Assembly: GCA_963727625.1 (NCBI GenBank)
Contig: CAVSHR010000002.1
Span: 320,001 to 384,000 of the forward strand
Source: an uncultured delta proteobacterium
Lineage (GTDB): Bacteria; Desulfobacterota; Binatia; UBA9968
Direction: 5' to 3'
DNA: 64,000 nt
Shown one piece after another: positions 1 through 10,411 of the stretch (its first letter is position 1; the number at the start of each line of letters is the position of its first letter). The notes under the pieces were generated by a model that was not told the origin of the DNA, made no database searches, and saw only the letters and a program-made list of their open reading frames with translations. A program made the position numbers and the translations under genes.

Positions 1-108
1 CTCCTGCGCATGGCCAGTGTTCGTTACCATAAAAAACGAGCTAAACAACAGTATGAATACCCCCGCCCCGATGTATCGCTGAATCTGACTACCGTAATCT
101 ATCTTCAT
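1..108 (-). CDS. Exported protein, N-terminal fragment (runs off window start)
   Basis: Manual translation from ATG at 108: MKIDYGSQIQRYIGAGVFILLFSSFFMVTNTGHAQE, a Sec signal peptide ending GHA|QE. AAGGAG SD just upstream. Confidence 0.7.
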   Translation of the reverse strand, partial: MKIDYGSQIQRYIGAGVFILLFSSFFMVTNTGHAQE

Positions 109-211
109 CACCGTCTCCTTCTTCCTGTTGTCTGTGACTTACATGAACTGAATTTGGCGGTCAAGTGTTTCTATGTCTGACGCTGATTTCAAAATAGTTT
201 TAGATTGTTGA

Positions 212-227
212 AGCCAAAAGCATGCCA
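212..227 (-). promoter_or_regulatory. Sigma54 -24/-12 promoter candidate
   Basis: Minus strand TGGCATGCTTTTGGCT has GG-N10-GC spacing, ~105 nt upstream of the ATG at 108. Confidence 0.6.
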
Positions 228-428
228 CGAAAGCGCGCCATCGAATTTACACCGGAAACTTGGCAATTCAGGGAGCTTAGCGGACGAAACTCCTTGTTAA
301 GGATGAGTTCCTAGCCCGCTGTCGGTGACAAAAAGTTGCACTGCTGTCAACATAAGGACAAAATGGCGCTAGACCTTGCCGGCGAATCTGAGTTTGCAGC
401 TCCCCGGCCGATCGGTTATTTTTAATCC

Positions 429-1634
429 GTGTCGGACGCGGCGAAACAACCCGTGATCGTGCTTGGCGTCAGCGGCGGGATCGCCTGCTACAAAGCGGTC
501 GAGCTCGTGCGTTTGCTGGTCAAAACCGGCTTCAGGGTCCAGGTGATCATGACCCGGGGCGCCATGGAGTTCGTCGCGCCGCTAACATTTCAAACGCTTT
601 CCGGCAATCCCGTCAGCACGGAAGCTTTCAGTCTAACCCAAGAGTCGCAAATCGGCCATATCAATCTTGCCGATGCGGCCGATCTATTCGTTATCGCTCC
701 CGCCACCGCCAACGTGATCGGTAAAATCGCCGGCGGCATCGCCGACGATTTGTTGACGACGGTGCTGATGGCGACGCGGGCGCCGGTATTGATCGCGCCG
801 GCGATGAACATCCACATGTACGAAAACCCGATCCTGCAGGAAAATATCCGCAAGCTCAGCAGGGTCGGATATCACCTATTGGAACCCGCCGAAGGCTACC
901 TGGCTTGCGGCTATGAGGGAAGGGGACGTTTGCCCGATCCGGACAAGATTGTCGAGGAGATTAGGCGTTTGCTCAAAAAGAAAGATCTAACCGGCGAGCG
1001 GTTCTTGATTACGGCCGGCCCCAATCGCGAACCGATAGACCCAGTCCGCTATCTCTCTAATCGATCGTCGGGAAAGATGGGATATGCGTTGGCGCGGGCG
1101 GCGTTGAACCGCGGCGCGGAAGTAGCGTTGGTCAGCGGCCCGACCGCCCTCGATCCGCCGGCCGGCGCACGGCTGATCCCGGTGGTTACCGCGGCGGAAA
1201 TGCGCGCGGCGGTGCTTATGGAATATCCGCAGTGCACCGCGGTGATGATGGCGGCGGCCGTCGCCGACTACCACGCCACAGCGGTGGCGGAAAAGAAAAT
1301 CAAGCGCGGCAAGGAGGCCATCGAGATGCGCCTGGAGCCGAACCCGGATATTCTCAAGGAGTTGGGGAATAACAAGGACGGCAAATGGCTGGTCGGTTTC
1401 GCCGCCGAGACCGAGGATTTAACCGCCAATGCCGAGAAAAAGCTGCGCGAAAAAAATCTCGATATGGTGATCGCCAATAATGTCGCCGAGAGTGGCAGTG
1501 GATTCGACGGCGACACCAACATCGCGACCATCGTCGATCGCAGCGGCGTGGTTCGCTCGTTGCCGCTTATGAGCAAAGACGATTTGTCCGACCGCATCTA
1601 CGACCATTTTCTCGCCTTAAAAAGCCGTCGCTAA
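429..1634 (+). CDS. coaBC: Phosphopantothenoylcysteine decarboxylase/synthetase
   Basis: GVSGGIACYK, APATAN, PAMN, LACG, DPVRYLSNRSSGKMG and GFAAET motifs. Confidence 0.97.
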   Translation: MSDAAKQPVIVLGVSGGIACYKAVELVRLLVKTGFRVQVIMTRGAMEFVAPLTFQTLSGNPVSTEAFSLTQESQIGHINLADAADLFVIAPATANVIGKIAGGIADDLLTTVLMATRAPVLIAPAMNIHMYENPILQENIRKLSRVGYHLLEPAEGYLACGYEGRGRLPDPDKIVEEIRRLLKKKDLTGERFLITAGPNREPIDPVRYLSNRSSGKMGYALARAALNRGAEVALVSGPTALDPPAGARLIPVVTAAEMRAAVLMEYPQCTAVMMAAAVADYHATAVAEKKIKRGKEAIEMRLEPNPDILKELGNNKDGKWLVGFAAETEDLTANAEKKLREKNLDMVIANNVAESGSGFDGDTNIATIVDRSGVVRSLPLMSKDDLSDRIYDHFLALKSRR

Positions 1635-2261
1635 AAGGGCAACGCCGAGGGAGCTAAACCGGCGAAGTCTTTCGTCGCGCTGCTCTCGTCCGAAATCAAT
1701 CGTCTTATCCGCCGTCGAGCGGGAGCTGGCGGCGGCCTTGAGCGAAATCGGCGGGCGCAGCGAAATCGTGCGATGGACCGCGTCGAAGTTTTATGAAAAT
1801 GAGCTGGGGCCGGGTTTACTGTGCCGATTTTTTTCGCTGTCGAATTTAGCATTGCCGGAACAGCCCGCCGCCGCCAAGCTCAAGAGCCAGGCGGTCAAGG
1901 CACGCTCTAGGGTCGCATCTTCGCCGGCCCGGCGAGTGAATTTCGATTCCGGGTTTTGTCGATGCTCGCAAAGTCGTCCTGGCTTCGACCAAGGACGCCG
2001 GTCAACGGATCGACTCGATCTCCGGCGTTTACGGTGAAGCGACGCTGCTTTATTACTATAGCGATTTTCACGGTTTGCCATACACCTATGCTGTTTATCT
2101 GTGGCCGGATGCGTGCCCATTCTTCACTCAATCGCGCGGCGATGATTTTCAGTAGTTAAGGCAGCTCGACTGAATTGGCCCATTTGCCTTTTGCACTGCA
2201 GCGATATTGCTACCGATAACTCTCCGGTGATAAGATCCGCGGGGAGAGGAGTTGAGCGGAC

Positions 2262-3023
2262 GTGGCGGAATCCAGTGATAACGCAGAAATCAACATGTTA
2301 GTTGTCTCGTTGCGGCGCCACTTAGAGAGGCGCCAGCGCGCCGGCATTGGTTTGCTGCCGCGAGATGAGCCGAGCGCGGCCGAGCCGAAGGTCAAGGGAG
2401 AAGACAGCTTGTTAGGAAACCCGGAAGTTGATCTTTTTGCCAACCCGTCACCAGGAGCAGACGCTCGCAGTCTTGAAGAGCTGCGCGCCGCGATCGGCGA
2501 TTGCCGGCGCTGCAAGCTTTGGTCCGGACGGACAAACCTGGTATTTGGCATCGGCAATCCGCGCGCGCGATTGATGTTCGTCGGCGAAGGGCCGGGACGG
2601 GACGAAGATCTCCAAGGAGAACCGTTTGTCGGCCGCGCCGGCCAACTGCTGACCGACATCATTACCAAGGGTATGGAGCTTAAGCGGGAAGATGTTTATA
2701 TAGCCAATGTGGTCAAATGCCGGCCGCCGGATAATCGCAATCCCGAGCCGGATGAAGTCGCGGCCTGCGAGCCTTTTTTGAAAAAACAAGTCGATCTCAT
2801 TCGTCCGGAAATCATCGTCGGCCTCGGCAAGTTCGCGGTGCAAACCTTGCTGCAAAGCAAAGTCCCCATAAGCAAGCTGCGCGGGAATTGGCATCATTAT
2901 CACGGCATCAAACTGATGCCGACCTTTCATCCGGCGTACCTGTTGCGCAATCCGGCGGACAAGAAGCTGGTTTGGGAAGACATTAAGAAAGTTATCAAAG
3001 AGCTGCGCGGTGAGATTACTTAA
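2262..3023 (+). CDS. Uracil-DNA glycosylase family 4 (Fe-S)
   Basis: CRRCKL, GEGPG, PFVGRAG, KCRPPDNR and TFHPAYLLR motifs. Confidence 0.93.
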   Translation: MAESSDNAEINMLVVSLRRHLERRQRAGIGLLPRDEPSAAEPKVKGEDSLLGNPEVDLFANPSPGADARSLEELRAAIGDCRRCKLWSGRTNLVFGIGNPRARLMFVGEGPGRDEDLQGEPFVGRAGQLLTDIITKGMELKREDVYIANVVKCRPPDNRNPEPDEVAACEPFLKKQVDLIRPEIIVGLGKFAVQTLLQSKVPISKLRGNWHHYHGIKLMPTFHPAYLLRNPADKKLVWEDIKKVIKELRGEIT

Positions 3024-4323
3024 AATCTTTTTCTTCATCTTTCTGATGGCCGCTGGTGTCTCGGCGCTGGCGCAGCCAAAAGTTGGCGCGGGCCCGCATG
3101 TCGATCTCATCTCTATCGACGGCAGTATCAATCCCGCGGTGGACGATTTCATCCGAGAAAGCATCGGCCGGGCGAAAGCCGACGGCGCGCGCGCCCTAAT
3201 CATTCAACTGGACACGCCGGGCGGGCTGTTGACCTCGACTCGAACTATCGTCAAGGAGATGCTTGGCACGCCGGTGCCGATTATAGTTTACGTCGCGCCA
3301 AGTGGCGCGGGCGCGGGGTCGGCGGGAGTGTTCATCACGATGGCGGCGAATATCGCGGCGATGGCGCCCGGAACCAATATCGGCGCGGCTCATCCGGTGG
3401 CCAACGGCGGCCAGGAAGTCAAAGGCGTGATGGGCGAAAAGATCGAGAATTTCACCGCGTCGTTTAGCGAAAGCATCGCCCAGCAACGCGGCCGCAATAC
3501 CCAATGGGCGATTCAGGCGGTGCGCAAGAGCGTGTCGATCACCGCAAAGGACGCGCTCAAAAAAAACGTCATCGATATCGTCGCGCGGGACATGGACGAT
3601 CTGCTCAAGCAGGCCGACGGACGCAAGGTCGAGATCGAAGGGCGAAAAGAAGTGTTGTCGCTCAAGAACGTTCGCGTCTTGCGCCATGAGATGAGCTTGA
3701 AGCAGAAGGTGCTCAACACCATCGCTGACCCCAACATCGCCTATCTATTGATGATGGCCGGCATCCTCGGCCTGTACATGGAATTCTCCCATCCGGGCAC
3801 TTTCTTTCCGGGCATAACCGGCGCGATTTGCCTGCTCCTGGCGTTCGCCTCGCTGCAACTGTTGCCGATCAATTATACCGGGCTGGTGCTGATGCTACTC
3901 GGTGTCGCGTTGCTGGTCGGCGAGGCGTTTTTCCCGAGCTTCGGTGTTTTAGGGATCGGCGGGATTGTTTCACTCGCGCTCGGCTCATTGCTATTGTTTG
4001 ATACGCAGACGTCCGACTTCGGTGTCGACAAGTCGATCATTTTTACCGCCGTCGGCACGGTTGGGAGCTTCGTGCTGGCTGTCAGCTATCTGGTTTTTCG
4101 CTCGCAGAAGGCGCGACCGGCGCTCGGCATGGAAGGCCTGATCGGCGAGATCGGCGAAGTGCGCGAGAAGCTTGCGCTCACGGGCAAGATCTTCGTGCAT
4201 GGCGAATACTGGAATGCGAGCGCCGACCGTGAGATCGACATCGGCGAAAAGGTGCGTGTGGTCAGTTACGACGGCATGCGCCTAACGGTTACCAAGGTTT
4301 CCGACGGGGAAGCCAAGAGCTAG
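3010..4323 (+). CDS. nfeD: NfeD-family membrane-bound serine protease (long form)
   Basis: Signal peptide, [26 protein letters not shown] region, C-terminal OB fold (VHGEYWNA). Adjacent to an SPFH gene. Confidence 0.92.
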   Translation: MRLLKIFFFIFLMAAGVSALAQPKVGAGPHVDLISIDGSINPAVDDFIRESIGRAKADGARALIIQLDTPGGLLTSTRTIVKEMLGTPVPIIVYVAPSGAGAGSAGVFITMAANIAAMAPGTNIGAAHPVANGGQEVKGVMGEKIENFTASFSESIAQQRGRNTQWAIQAVRKSVSITAKDALKKNVIDIVARDMDDLLKQADGRKVEIEGRKEVLSLKNVRVLRHEMSLKQKVLNTIADPNIAYLLMMAGILGLYMEFSHPGTFFPGITGAICLLLAFASLQLLPINYTGLVLMLLGVALLVGEAFFPSFGVLGIGGIVSLALGSLLLFDTQTSDFGVDKSIIFTAVGTVGSFVLAVSYLVFRSQKARPALGMEGLIGEIGEVREKLALTGKIFVHGEYWNASADREIDIGEKVRVVSYDGMRLTVTKVSDGEAKS

Positions 4324-4334
4324 GAGGAAACACC

Positions 4335-5093
4335 ATGTTCGGATTAGGTGTGCCTGCAACATTTCTGCTTATCGTCGTAGTGCTGCTCGTCAGCGGCATC
4401 AAGATTTTAAAAGAATACGAGAGGGCGGTGGTGTTTCGCCTGGGCCGCATGGTCGGCTCGCGCGGTCCCGGCATCACCTACATCATTCCCGGCATCGAAA
4501 AAATGGTCAAGATGGATCTGCGCACGGTGACCATGGATATCCCGCCGCAGGACGTGATCACACGCGACAATGTCTCGGTCAAAGTCAACGCGGTGCTCTA
4601 CTTCCGCGTGTTGGACCCGAATCGAGCGGTGGTCGAGGTCGAGAATTATTTGTTTGCCACTTCCCAGCTCGCGCAGGTGACGCTTCGAAGCGTGTGCGGT
4701 CAGGCGGAGCTCGACGAGCTGTTGGCGGAACGGGAGCGGATCAACAGCCGCATCCAGGAAATACTCGATCAGCAAACCGATCCCTGGGGTATCAAAGTCG
4801 TCCTGGTCGAGTTGAAACATATCGACCTGCCTCAGGAAATGCAGCGGGCCATGGCAAAACAGGCCGAGGCCGAGCGCGAACGGCGCGCCAAGGTGATTCA
4901 CGCCGACGGCGAATTCCAGGCGTCGCAGAAGCTGGCGGACGCGGCCGAAGTGATCGGCACGCAGCCAATGGCGTTGCAGCTGCGCTTCTTGCAGAGTCTG
5001 GTCGAAGTGGCCTCTGAGAAAAATTCGACGACGATCTTTCCAGTGCCCATCGATTTGCTGACCCCGTTCCTCAAGAAGGACAATCCGACATAG
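4335..5093 (+). CDS. SPFH/band 7 (stomatin/slipin) protein
   Basis: [21 protein letters not shown] and [13 protein letters not shown] motifs. AGGAGG SD. Confidence 0.95.
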   Translation: MFGLGVPATFLLIVVVLLVSGIKILKEYERAVVFRLGRMVGSRGPGITYIIPGIEKMVKMDLRTVTMDIPPQDVITRDNVSVKVNAVLYFRVLDPNRAVVEVENYLFATSQLAQVTLRSVCGQAELDELLAERERINSRIQEILDQQTDPWGIKVVLVELKHIDLPQEMQRAMAKQAEAERERRAKVIHADGEFQASQKLADAAEVIGTQPMALQLRFLQSLVEVASEKNSTTIFPVPIDLLTPFLKKDNPT

Positions 5094-5145
5094 ATTAGCC
5101 GATCGTTAAACGCTCACCTCCCCCTCCGGGTTTCGCCTTAAGGTC

Positions 5146-5187
5146 AAGTCCCCGGGGGGCACGCTATGTCGTGCCCCCCGGGGACTT
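5146..5187. terminator. Strong 18-bp hairpin between SPFH and queA (terminator or stabiliser)
   Basis: AAGTCCCCGGGGGGCACG-ctatgt-CGTGCCCCCCGGGGACTT is a perfect inverted repeat with only a short T tract. Confidence 0.55.
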
Positions 5188-5196
5188 TCATTCGCG

Positions 5197-6237
5197 ATGA
5201 ATCTCGAAGAATTCAACTACGAACTGCCCCGCTCATTGATCGCCGCGTTGCCGAGCCGCGAACGCGCAGGTTCGCGTCTGCTCGTGCTCCGTCGTGAGAC
5301 CGGCGAGATCGTGCACAGCGTGTTTTCCGAGCTCGGCGATTATCTCGATCCGGGCGATCTGCTGGTGCTCAATGACACCAAAGTATTTCCCGCGCGTCTG
5401 CGCGGCGCCAAGGCGAGCGGCGGCCAGGTCGAGGTGCTGTTGCTGGAACAATTTTTAGAGTCAGGCCGGAGCCTCTGGATCGCCATGGTCGACGCCGGCA
5501 AGAAGCCGCGGGTAGGCACCTGGTTGCGTTTTGGCGACGCGATGAGCGCAGAAGTCATCGGCGATTTGGGCCGAGGCCGTTTCGCACTCGAATTCCAGCA
5601 CCCAGGCGACTTTAACGCTCAGCTCGAAAAGCTAGGCGAGCCGCCTTTGCCGCCCTATGTGCGGCGCCAGCGCGGCGCCGAGTCGCTGGACCGCGAGCGT
5701 TATCAAACTGTTTACGCGTCGCATTCTGGCGCCATCGCCGCGCCGACGGCGGGTTTTCACTTCACGCCAGAGTTGTTTGCGAAGCTGTCGGCGCAGGGCA
5801 TCGACCGCGCGCTTTTGACCCTGCACGTCGGTGTCGGTACGTTTCAACCGGTGCGCGTGCGCGAAATTGAAAATCATCGCATGGAAGGAGAGCGCTATGC
5901 GCTCAGCGCCGAGAACGCGGCAAAAATCAATCAAGCAAAACAAGCCGGTCGCCGTGTGGCGGCGGTGGGCTCTACTAGCACGCGCGCCCTGGAGTGGATC
6001 GCGCTGCGCAAGGGCGAAATCGTCGCCGACGCGGGCATCACGCGGCTATATATCCGCCCGGGAGACCCGTTTCGCGTGCTCGACGCCTTGATCACGAATT
6101 TTCATCTGCCGGGGTCGACGCCGTTGATTCTGGTCGCGGCGTTCGCCGGCTTGGATCTCGTACGTTGCGCTTATCGGGAAGCGATCGAGAAGCAATATCG
6201 CTTTTACAGCTACGGCGATGCAATGCTGATACTTTAA
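5197..6237 (+). CDS. queA: S-adenosylmethionine:tRNA ribosyltransferase-isomerase
   Basis: NDTKVFPARL, PLPPY, RYQTVYA, AAPTAGFHF, LHVGVGTF and YRFYSYGDAM motifs. Confidence 0.97.
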   Translation: MNLEEFNYELPRSLIAALPSRERAGSRLLVLRRETGEIVHSVFSELGDYLDPGDLLVLNDTKVFPARLRGAKASGGQVEVLLLEQFLESGRSLWIAMVDAGKKPRVGTWLRFGDAMSAEVIGDLGRGRFALEFQHPGDFNAQLEKLGEPPLPPYVRRQRGAESLDRERYQTVYASHSGAIAAPTAGFHFTPELFAKLSAQGIDRALLTLHVGVGTFQPVRVREIENHRMEGERYALSAENAAKINQAKQAGRRVAAVGSTSTRALEWIALRKGEIVADAGITRLYIRPGDPFRVLDALITNFHLPGSTPLILVAAFAGLDLVRCAYREAIEKQYRFYSYGDAMLIL

Positions 6238-6238
6238 C

Positions 6239-6314
6239 ATTTGGATTTTGCATCGGCGATTTTGGATTTAAATGCCGGTGTGGCAGTCTTGAGCGATAAT
6301 CAAAAATCCCAAAT
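6239..6314. repeat. Short imperfect inverted repeat built of GATTTTG/CAAAATC-like units
   Basis: TTGGATTTTG...GATTTTGGATT ... AATCAAAAATCCCAAAT in the queA-tgt spacer. Confidence 0.5.
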
Positions 6315-6320
6315 TGCGTT

Positions 6321-7430
6321 ATGTCCAACCCACTCACTGTCATCAAGAACGACTCGAACAGCAAAGCCCGGATCGGCCGGCTGGTCACGGCGCACGGCGA
6401 AGTGGAAACCCCTTGTTTCATGCCGGTGGGCACCCAGGGCACGGTGAAGGCGGTGCTACCGCGGGATTTGAAAGAAATGGGTTGCCAGATTCTGCTCGGC
6501 AACACCTATCATCTTTATTTGCGGCCGGGTCATGAATTGATCCGGGAATTGGGCGGCTTGCACCGCTTCATGGGCTGGCCCGGGCCGATCCTGACGGATA
6601 GCGGCGGGTACCAGGTTTTTAGCCTCAGCGCGACACGCAAGATCACCGACGACGGCGCGCGCTTTCAGTCCCATTTGGATGGCTCTTATCACCTGCTCAC
6701 GCCGGAAAAAGCCGTGGAGATCCAGGAAGCGCTCGGCAGCGATATCGCGATGGTGCTCGATGAGTGCACCCCCGCCGACGCGACGCGCAGCTACGTCGAG
6801 GTTTCCACCGCTCGCACGGTGCGCTGGGCGGAGCGCTGTCTGCGCGCGCGCAGCAGGACCGAGCAATTGATGTTCGGTATCATTCAGGGCGGCCTGTTCG
6901 AGGATCTGCGGCGCCACTGCGTCGAAGCACTGGCGCCGCTGCCGTTCGAGGGCTTCGCGGTCGGCGGATTGGGCGTTGGTGAGGGTGCGGAACAGCTCAA
7001 CGCCGTCGCCAGGTTTACCGTCGGACTGCTGCCCGCCGACCGACCGCGTTACTTGATGGGCGTCGGGCGGCCGCAGGACATCGTCAACGCCGTCCGAGCC
7101 GGCTTCGATATGTTCGACTGCGTGATCCCGACGCGCAACGCGCGCAACGGCACGCTCTATACTTCCGGCGGCAAGCTAAATATCAAGCGCGCCGAGTATG
7201 CCACTGATCGGAGGCCGCTCGACCCGGCCTGCGGCTGCTACACCTGCCGCAATTTTTCGCGCGCCTATCTGCGCCATCTCTTTATGGCCGGCGAAATCTC
7301 TTCGGCGCAGTTAAATAGCTTGCACAATCTTTACTTTTATCACCGGCTCATGGATAAATGTCGGGAAGCGATTCGCACCGGTGATGCCGAGCTCTGGACT
7401 CAGCTGGAAAGCGTCGGCGATGGCCCGTGA
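6321..7430 (+). CDS. tgt: tRNA-guanine transglycosylase
   Basis: FMPVGTQG, NTYHL, DSGGYQVFS, DCVIPTRNARNG and zinc site CGCYTC...H. Confidence 0.97.
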   Translation: MSNPLTVIKNDSNSKARIGRLVTAHGEVETPCFMPVGTQGTVKAVLPRDLKEMGCQILLGNTYHLYLRPGHELIRELGGLHRFMGWPGPILTDSGGYQVFSLSATRKITDDGARFQSHLDGSYHLLTPEKAVEIQEALGSDIAMVLDECTPADATRSYVEVSTARTVRWAERCLRARSRTEQLMFGIIQGGLFEDLRRHCVEALAPLPFEGFAVGGLGVGEGAEQLNAVARFTVGLLPADRPRYLMGVGRPQDIVNAVRAGFDMFDCVIPTRNARNGTLYTSGGKLNIKRAEYATDRRPLDPACGCYTCRNFSRAYLRHLFMAGEISSAQLNSLHNLYFYHRLMDKCREAIRTGDAELWTQLESVGDGP

Positions 7431-7453
7431 CTCGGAAAATTTAGGAGGAAACA

Positions 7454-7789
7454 ATGGTTGAATTTGCCTATGCACAGGGAGCTCCCGGAGTGGGCGGGCC
7501 GGGACCGCTGGTAACGCTACTGCCGTTTGTTTTGATCTTCGTCATTATGTATTTCATGGTAATTCGCCCGCAGCAGAAAAAAGCAAAAGAACACCAGGAA
7601 ATGCTCAACAAGCTGAAACGAAACGACGAGGTGATGACCTCCGGCGGAATTTACGGTAAGGTGATCGACTTGAAGGAAACGGTGGTGACCCTGGAAGTGG
7701 CGCCGAACGTGAGAGTGCGCGTGCACCGGCCGCAAATCTCAGCCGTTCTCACCGGCGAGAAAACACCAACCAAGGAAGGGAGGGATTGA
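7454..7789 (+). CDS. yajC: Preprotein translocase subunit YajC
   Basis: YFMVIRPQQKK and VMTSGGIYG motifs. Conserved tgt-yajC-secDF order. Confidence 0.96.
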   Translation: MVEFAYAQGAPGVGGPGPLVTLLPFVLIFVIMYFMVIRPQQKKAKEHQEMLNKLKRNDEVMTSGGIYGKVIDLKETVVTLEVAPNVRVRVHRPQISAVLTGEKTPTKEGRD

Positions 7790-7793
7790 GAGA

Positions 7794-9395
7794 ATGCGGC
7801 AAAGCGTTCTAACCCGACTCACAGTGTTTGGGATTGCGACTTTAGCGGCGCTGGTCTATTTGGTTCCGACTTTTGTCGGGACTTTGCCGGATTGGTGGAG
7901 CAGCTTCATGCCGTCGGATAAAATCCATCTGGGATTGGATCTGCAGGGCGGCAGCCACTTGGTTCTTGAAGTTAAGGTCGACAAAGCGGTCGAGAATAAT
8001 CTCGACCGGATTCGCGCCGATCTGACCAACGTTTTGCGGGAGAAAGGGATCTCCGGTGTCGGCGTGGAAAAAATCGACGGCACGCAAATCCAGGTCAAGG
8101 CGCAGGCGGCGAACGCCGAACGGGTGCGCGGCTTGTTGAAGAGCGATTTCGGTTATCTAGTGGAAGCGCGAACACCGCAGACCGTCAGCGGGAACACGGA
8201 ATTTGATCTGACTCTGAGTAAAGAAGAGATGCGTTCCTTGCGCGACTACGCGGTGGATCAGTCCCTGGAAACTATTCGCAACCGGATCGATCAGTTCGGC
8301 GTCAGTGAGCCGATCATTCAACGCCAGGGGCAAACCAATATTTTGATTCAGTTGCCGGGCATTCAAGACCCCGAGCGCGCCAAGGAGATTATCGGCAAGA
8401 CGGCGCTCTTGGAGTTCAAGCTGGTCGATGACAACGCCAATATCGAGGACGCGCTCAAGAACGGTCCGCCGCCCGGCCGCCAACTGCTCTACGGCCACGC
8501 CGGTAAAAGCGAAGGCATCGGCGCCGAAAAGCAGGCCTATGTAGTCGAGTCGCGCGCGCTAATGACCGGCGAATATATCCAGGACGCGCGTGTGCGTCCG
8601 GCGCAGCAGCTGCAAGGCGCGTCGGTGGAGCTGATTTTAAACGGCGCCGGCGCGCGGATTTTTGAACAAATTACCGCGGCGAACGTGAAGCGGCGGCTGG
8701 CCATCGTACTCGACAATCGGGTCTATTCGGCACCGGTAATCCAGGAGCGGATCGGCGGCGGTCGAGCTTCGATCACGGGAAATTTCGATATTAAAGAAGC
8801 CAGGGACCTGGCAATCGTGTTGCGCGCCGGCGCGTTGCCGGCACCGGTCGAGATCGCCGAAGAACGGACCGTGGGGCCGTCTCTCGGACAAGACTCGATC
8901 CATCAAGGCGTTACTTCGTTTATTGTGGGCGGCTCGTTGGTGATCCTGTTTATGATCCTCTATTACAATGGCGCCGGCGTTCTCGCCGTGGTGGCGGTGG
9001 TGGTCAACATACTCTATATGATGGCGATTCTGGCTGGGTTTCAGGCGGTCTTAACGCTTCCGGGCATCGCCGGAATCGTGCTCACTATCGGCATGGCGGT
9101 GGACGCCAATGTTTTGATCAACGAACGTATCCGCGAGGAATTGCGGGGGGGGCGAGCGGTGCGCTCGGCAATCGAAGCGGGTTACAAGAATGCCTTGCCT
9201 GCGATCTTGGACTCGAACATCACGACTTTTCTTTCGGGCGTCATTCTTTTTCAGTTCGGCACGGGACCGATCAAAGGCTTCGCGGTAACGCTTTGCGTCG
9301 GCATTCTTACGACGATCCTAACGGCGGTGTATCTGACCCGGATCCACTACGATTATCGAATGAGCTCCCGGAAACTTGAACGCATCAGCATCTGA
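7794..9395 (+). CDS. secD: Protein translocase subunit SecD
   Basis: LGLDLQGG, RNRIDQFGVSEP, LRAGALPAP, GMAVDANVLINERIREE. Confidence 0.97.
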   Translation: MRQSVLTRLTVFGIATLAALVYLVPTFVGTLPDWWSSFMPSDKIHLGLDLQGGSHLVLEVKVDKAVENNLDRIRADLTNVLREKGISGVGVEKIDGTQIQVKAQAANAERVRGLLKSDFGYLVEARTPQTVSGNTEFDLTLSKEEMRSLRDYAVDQSLETIRNRIDQFGVSEPIIQRQGQTNILIQLPGIQDPERAKEIIGKTALLEFKLVDDNANIEDALKNGPPPGRQLLYGHAGKSEGIGAEKQAYVVESRALMTGEYIQDARVRPAQQLQGASVELILNGAGARIFEQITAANVKRRLAIVLDNRVYSAPVIQERIGGGRASITGNFDIKEARDLAIVLRAGALPAPVEIAEERTVGPSLGQDSIHQGVTSFIVGGSLVILFMILYYNGAGVLAVVAVVVNILYMMAILAGFQAVLTLPGIAGIVLTIGMAVDANVLINERIREELRGGRAVRSAIEAGYKNALPAILDSNITTFLSGVILFQFGTGPIKGFAVTLCVGILTTILTAVYLTRIHYDYRMSSRKLERISI

Positions 9396-9405
9396 GAGGA
9401 AAAAC

Positions 9406-10308
9406 ATGGAACTGATCAAGCCGGGCACCAACATTCCATTTACACGCTATCGTAAAATCGCGTTGATCCTTTCGACCGTGGTCAATCTGGCCGTGCTGCT
9501 GGCGCTTGTCCTAAAGGGACCGAATCTCGGCGTCGACTTCGCCGGCGGCACGATGGCTCAGGTGAAATTTCAGCAACAGGTTTCAATCCCGGAAATCCGG
9601 CATGCCCTCGACAAGGTCCATTTTACTGGCGCAGTGATCCAGGACTTCGGCGCGCCGGACGCTCATGAATATTTGATCCGGTTGGAGAAAACTTCAGTGG
9701 AGCTAGGTGCCTTGGGCGAGCAGATCAAAAAAACTTTGAGTGAGCAATTCGGCGCGAGCAAGTTCGAAGTGCGGAGAATCGAGTCGGTGGGACCCAAGGT
9801 GGGCGCAGATTTGCGTTTTCGCGGCGCGATGTCGGTCATCGCGGCGACCATCATGATGGGCCTCTACATCTGGTTTCGTTTCCAACTGCGTTTCGGTGTC
9901 GGCGCGGTGATCGCCTTGGTTCATGATCTGCTGGTTACGGTGGGTGCGCTGTTATTGGCTAATTACGAGTTCGATTTGACCATTGTGGCGGCGTTGCTCA
10001 CGGTCGTCGGCTACTCGGTCAACGACACCGTCATCGTCTGCGATCGGATTCGCGAGAATATGCGCAAGATCAAGCGCGAGACCCTCGAAAGCATCATCAA
10101 CACCAGCATCAACGAAACTTTGAGTCGAACCATTATCACGGTGAGTACCGCAATCATGGTGCTGGTCGCTCTCTATGTGCTCGGTGGTGAGGTCATTCGG
10201 CCGTTCGCGTTTACTTTGCTGGTCGGATTTTTTTCCGGCGTTTATTCGACCATTTTTATCGCCAGTCCGGTGATTTTGTTTTGGGAAAAGAAACCGGCCA
10301 GGAAATAG
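9406..10308 (+). CDS. secF: Protein translocase subunit SecF
   Basis: GVDFAGG, VGPKVG, GYSVNDTVIVCDRIREN, TLSRTI. ATG at 9406 follows a GAGG SD. Confidence 0.96.
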   Translation: MELIKPGTNIPFTRYRKIALILSTVVNLAVLLALVLKGPNLGVDFAGGTMAQVKFQQQVSIPEIRHALDKVHFTGAVIQDFGAPDAHEYLIRLEKTSVELGALGEQIKKTLSEQFGASKFEVRRIESVGPKVGADLRFRGAMSVIAATIMMGLYIWFRFQLRFGVGAVIALVHDLLVTVGALLLANYEFDLTIVAALLTVVGYSVNDTVIVCDRIRENMRKIKRETLESIINTSINETLSRTIITVSTAIMVLVALYVLGGEVIRPFAFTLLVGFFSGVYSTIFIASPVILFWEKKPARK

Positions 10309-10411
10309 CCGGCGCTGAAGTCGCAGTTAGGAACCGCGCGAAACGATTGCAAAGGCATTACGGTGAGAATCGAGCATTTCCTATTACAGCATTTACTTCT
10401 GATGCAGCGTT

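Noticed and set aside
364-380. Sigma54 promoter for coaBC
   Set aside because: GG-to-GC spacing is 11, not the required 10.
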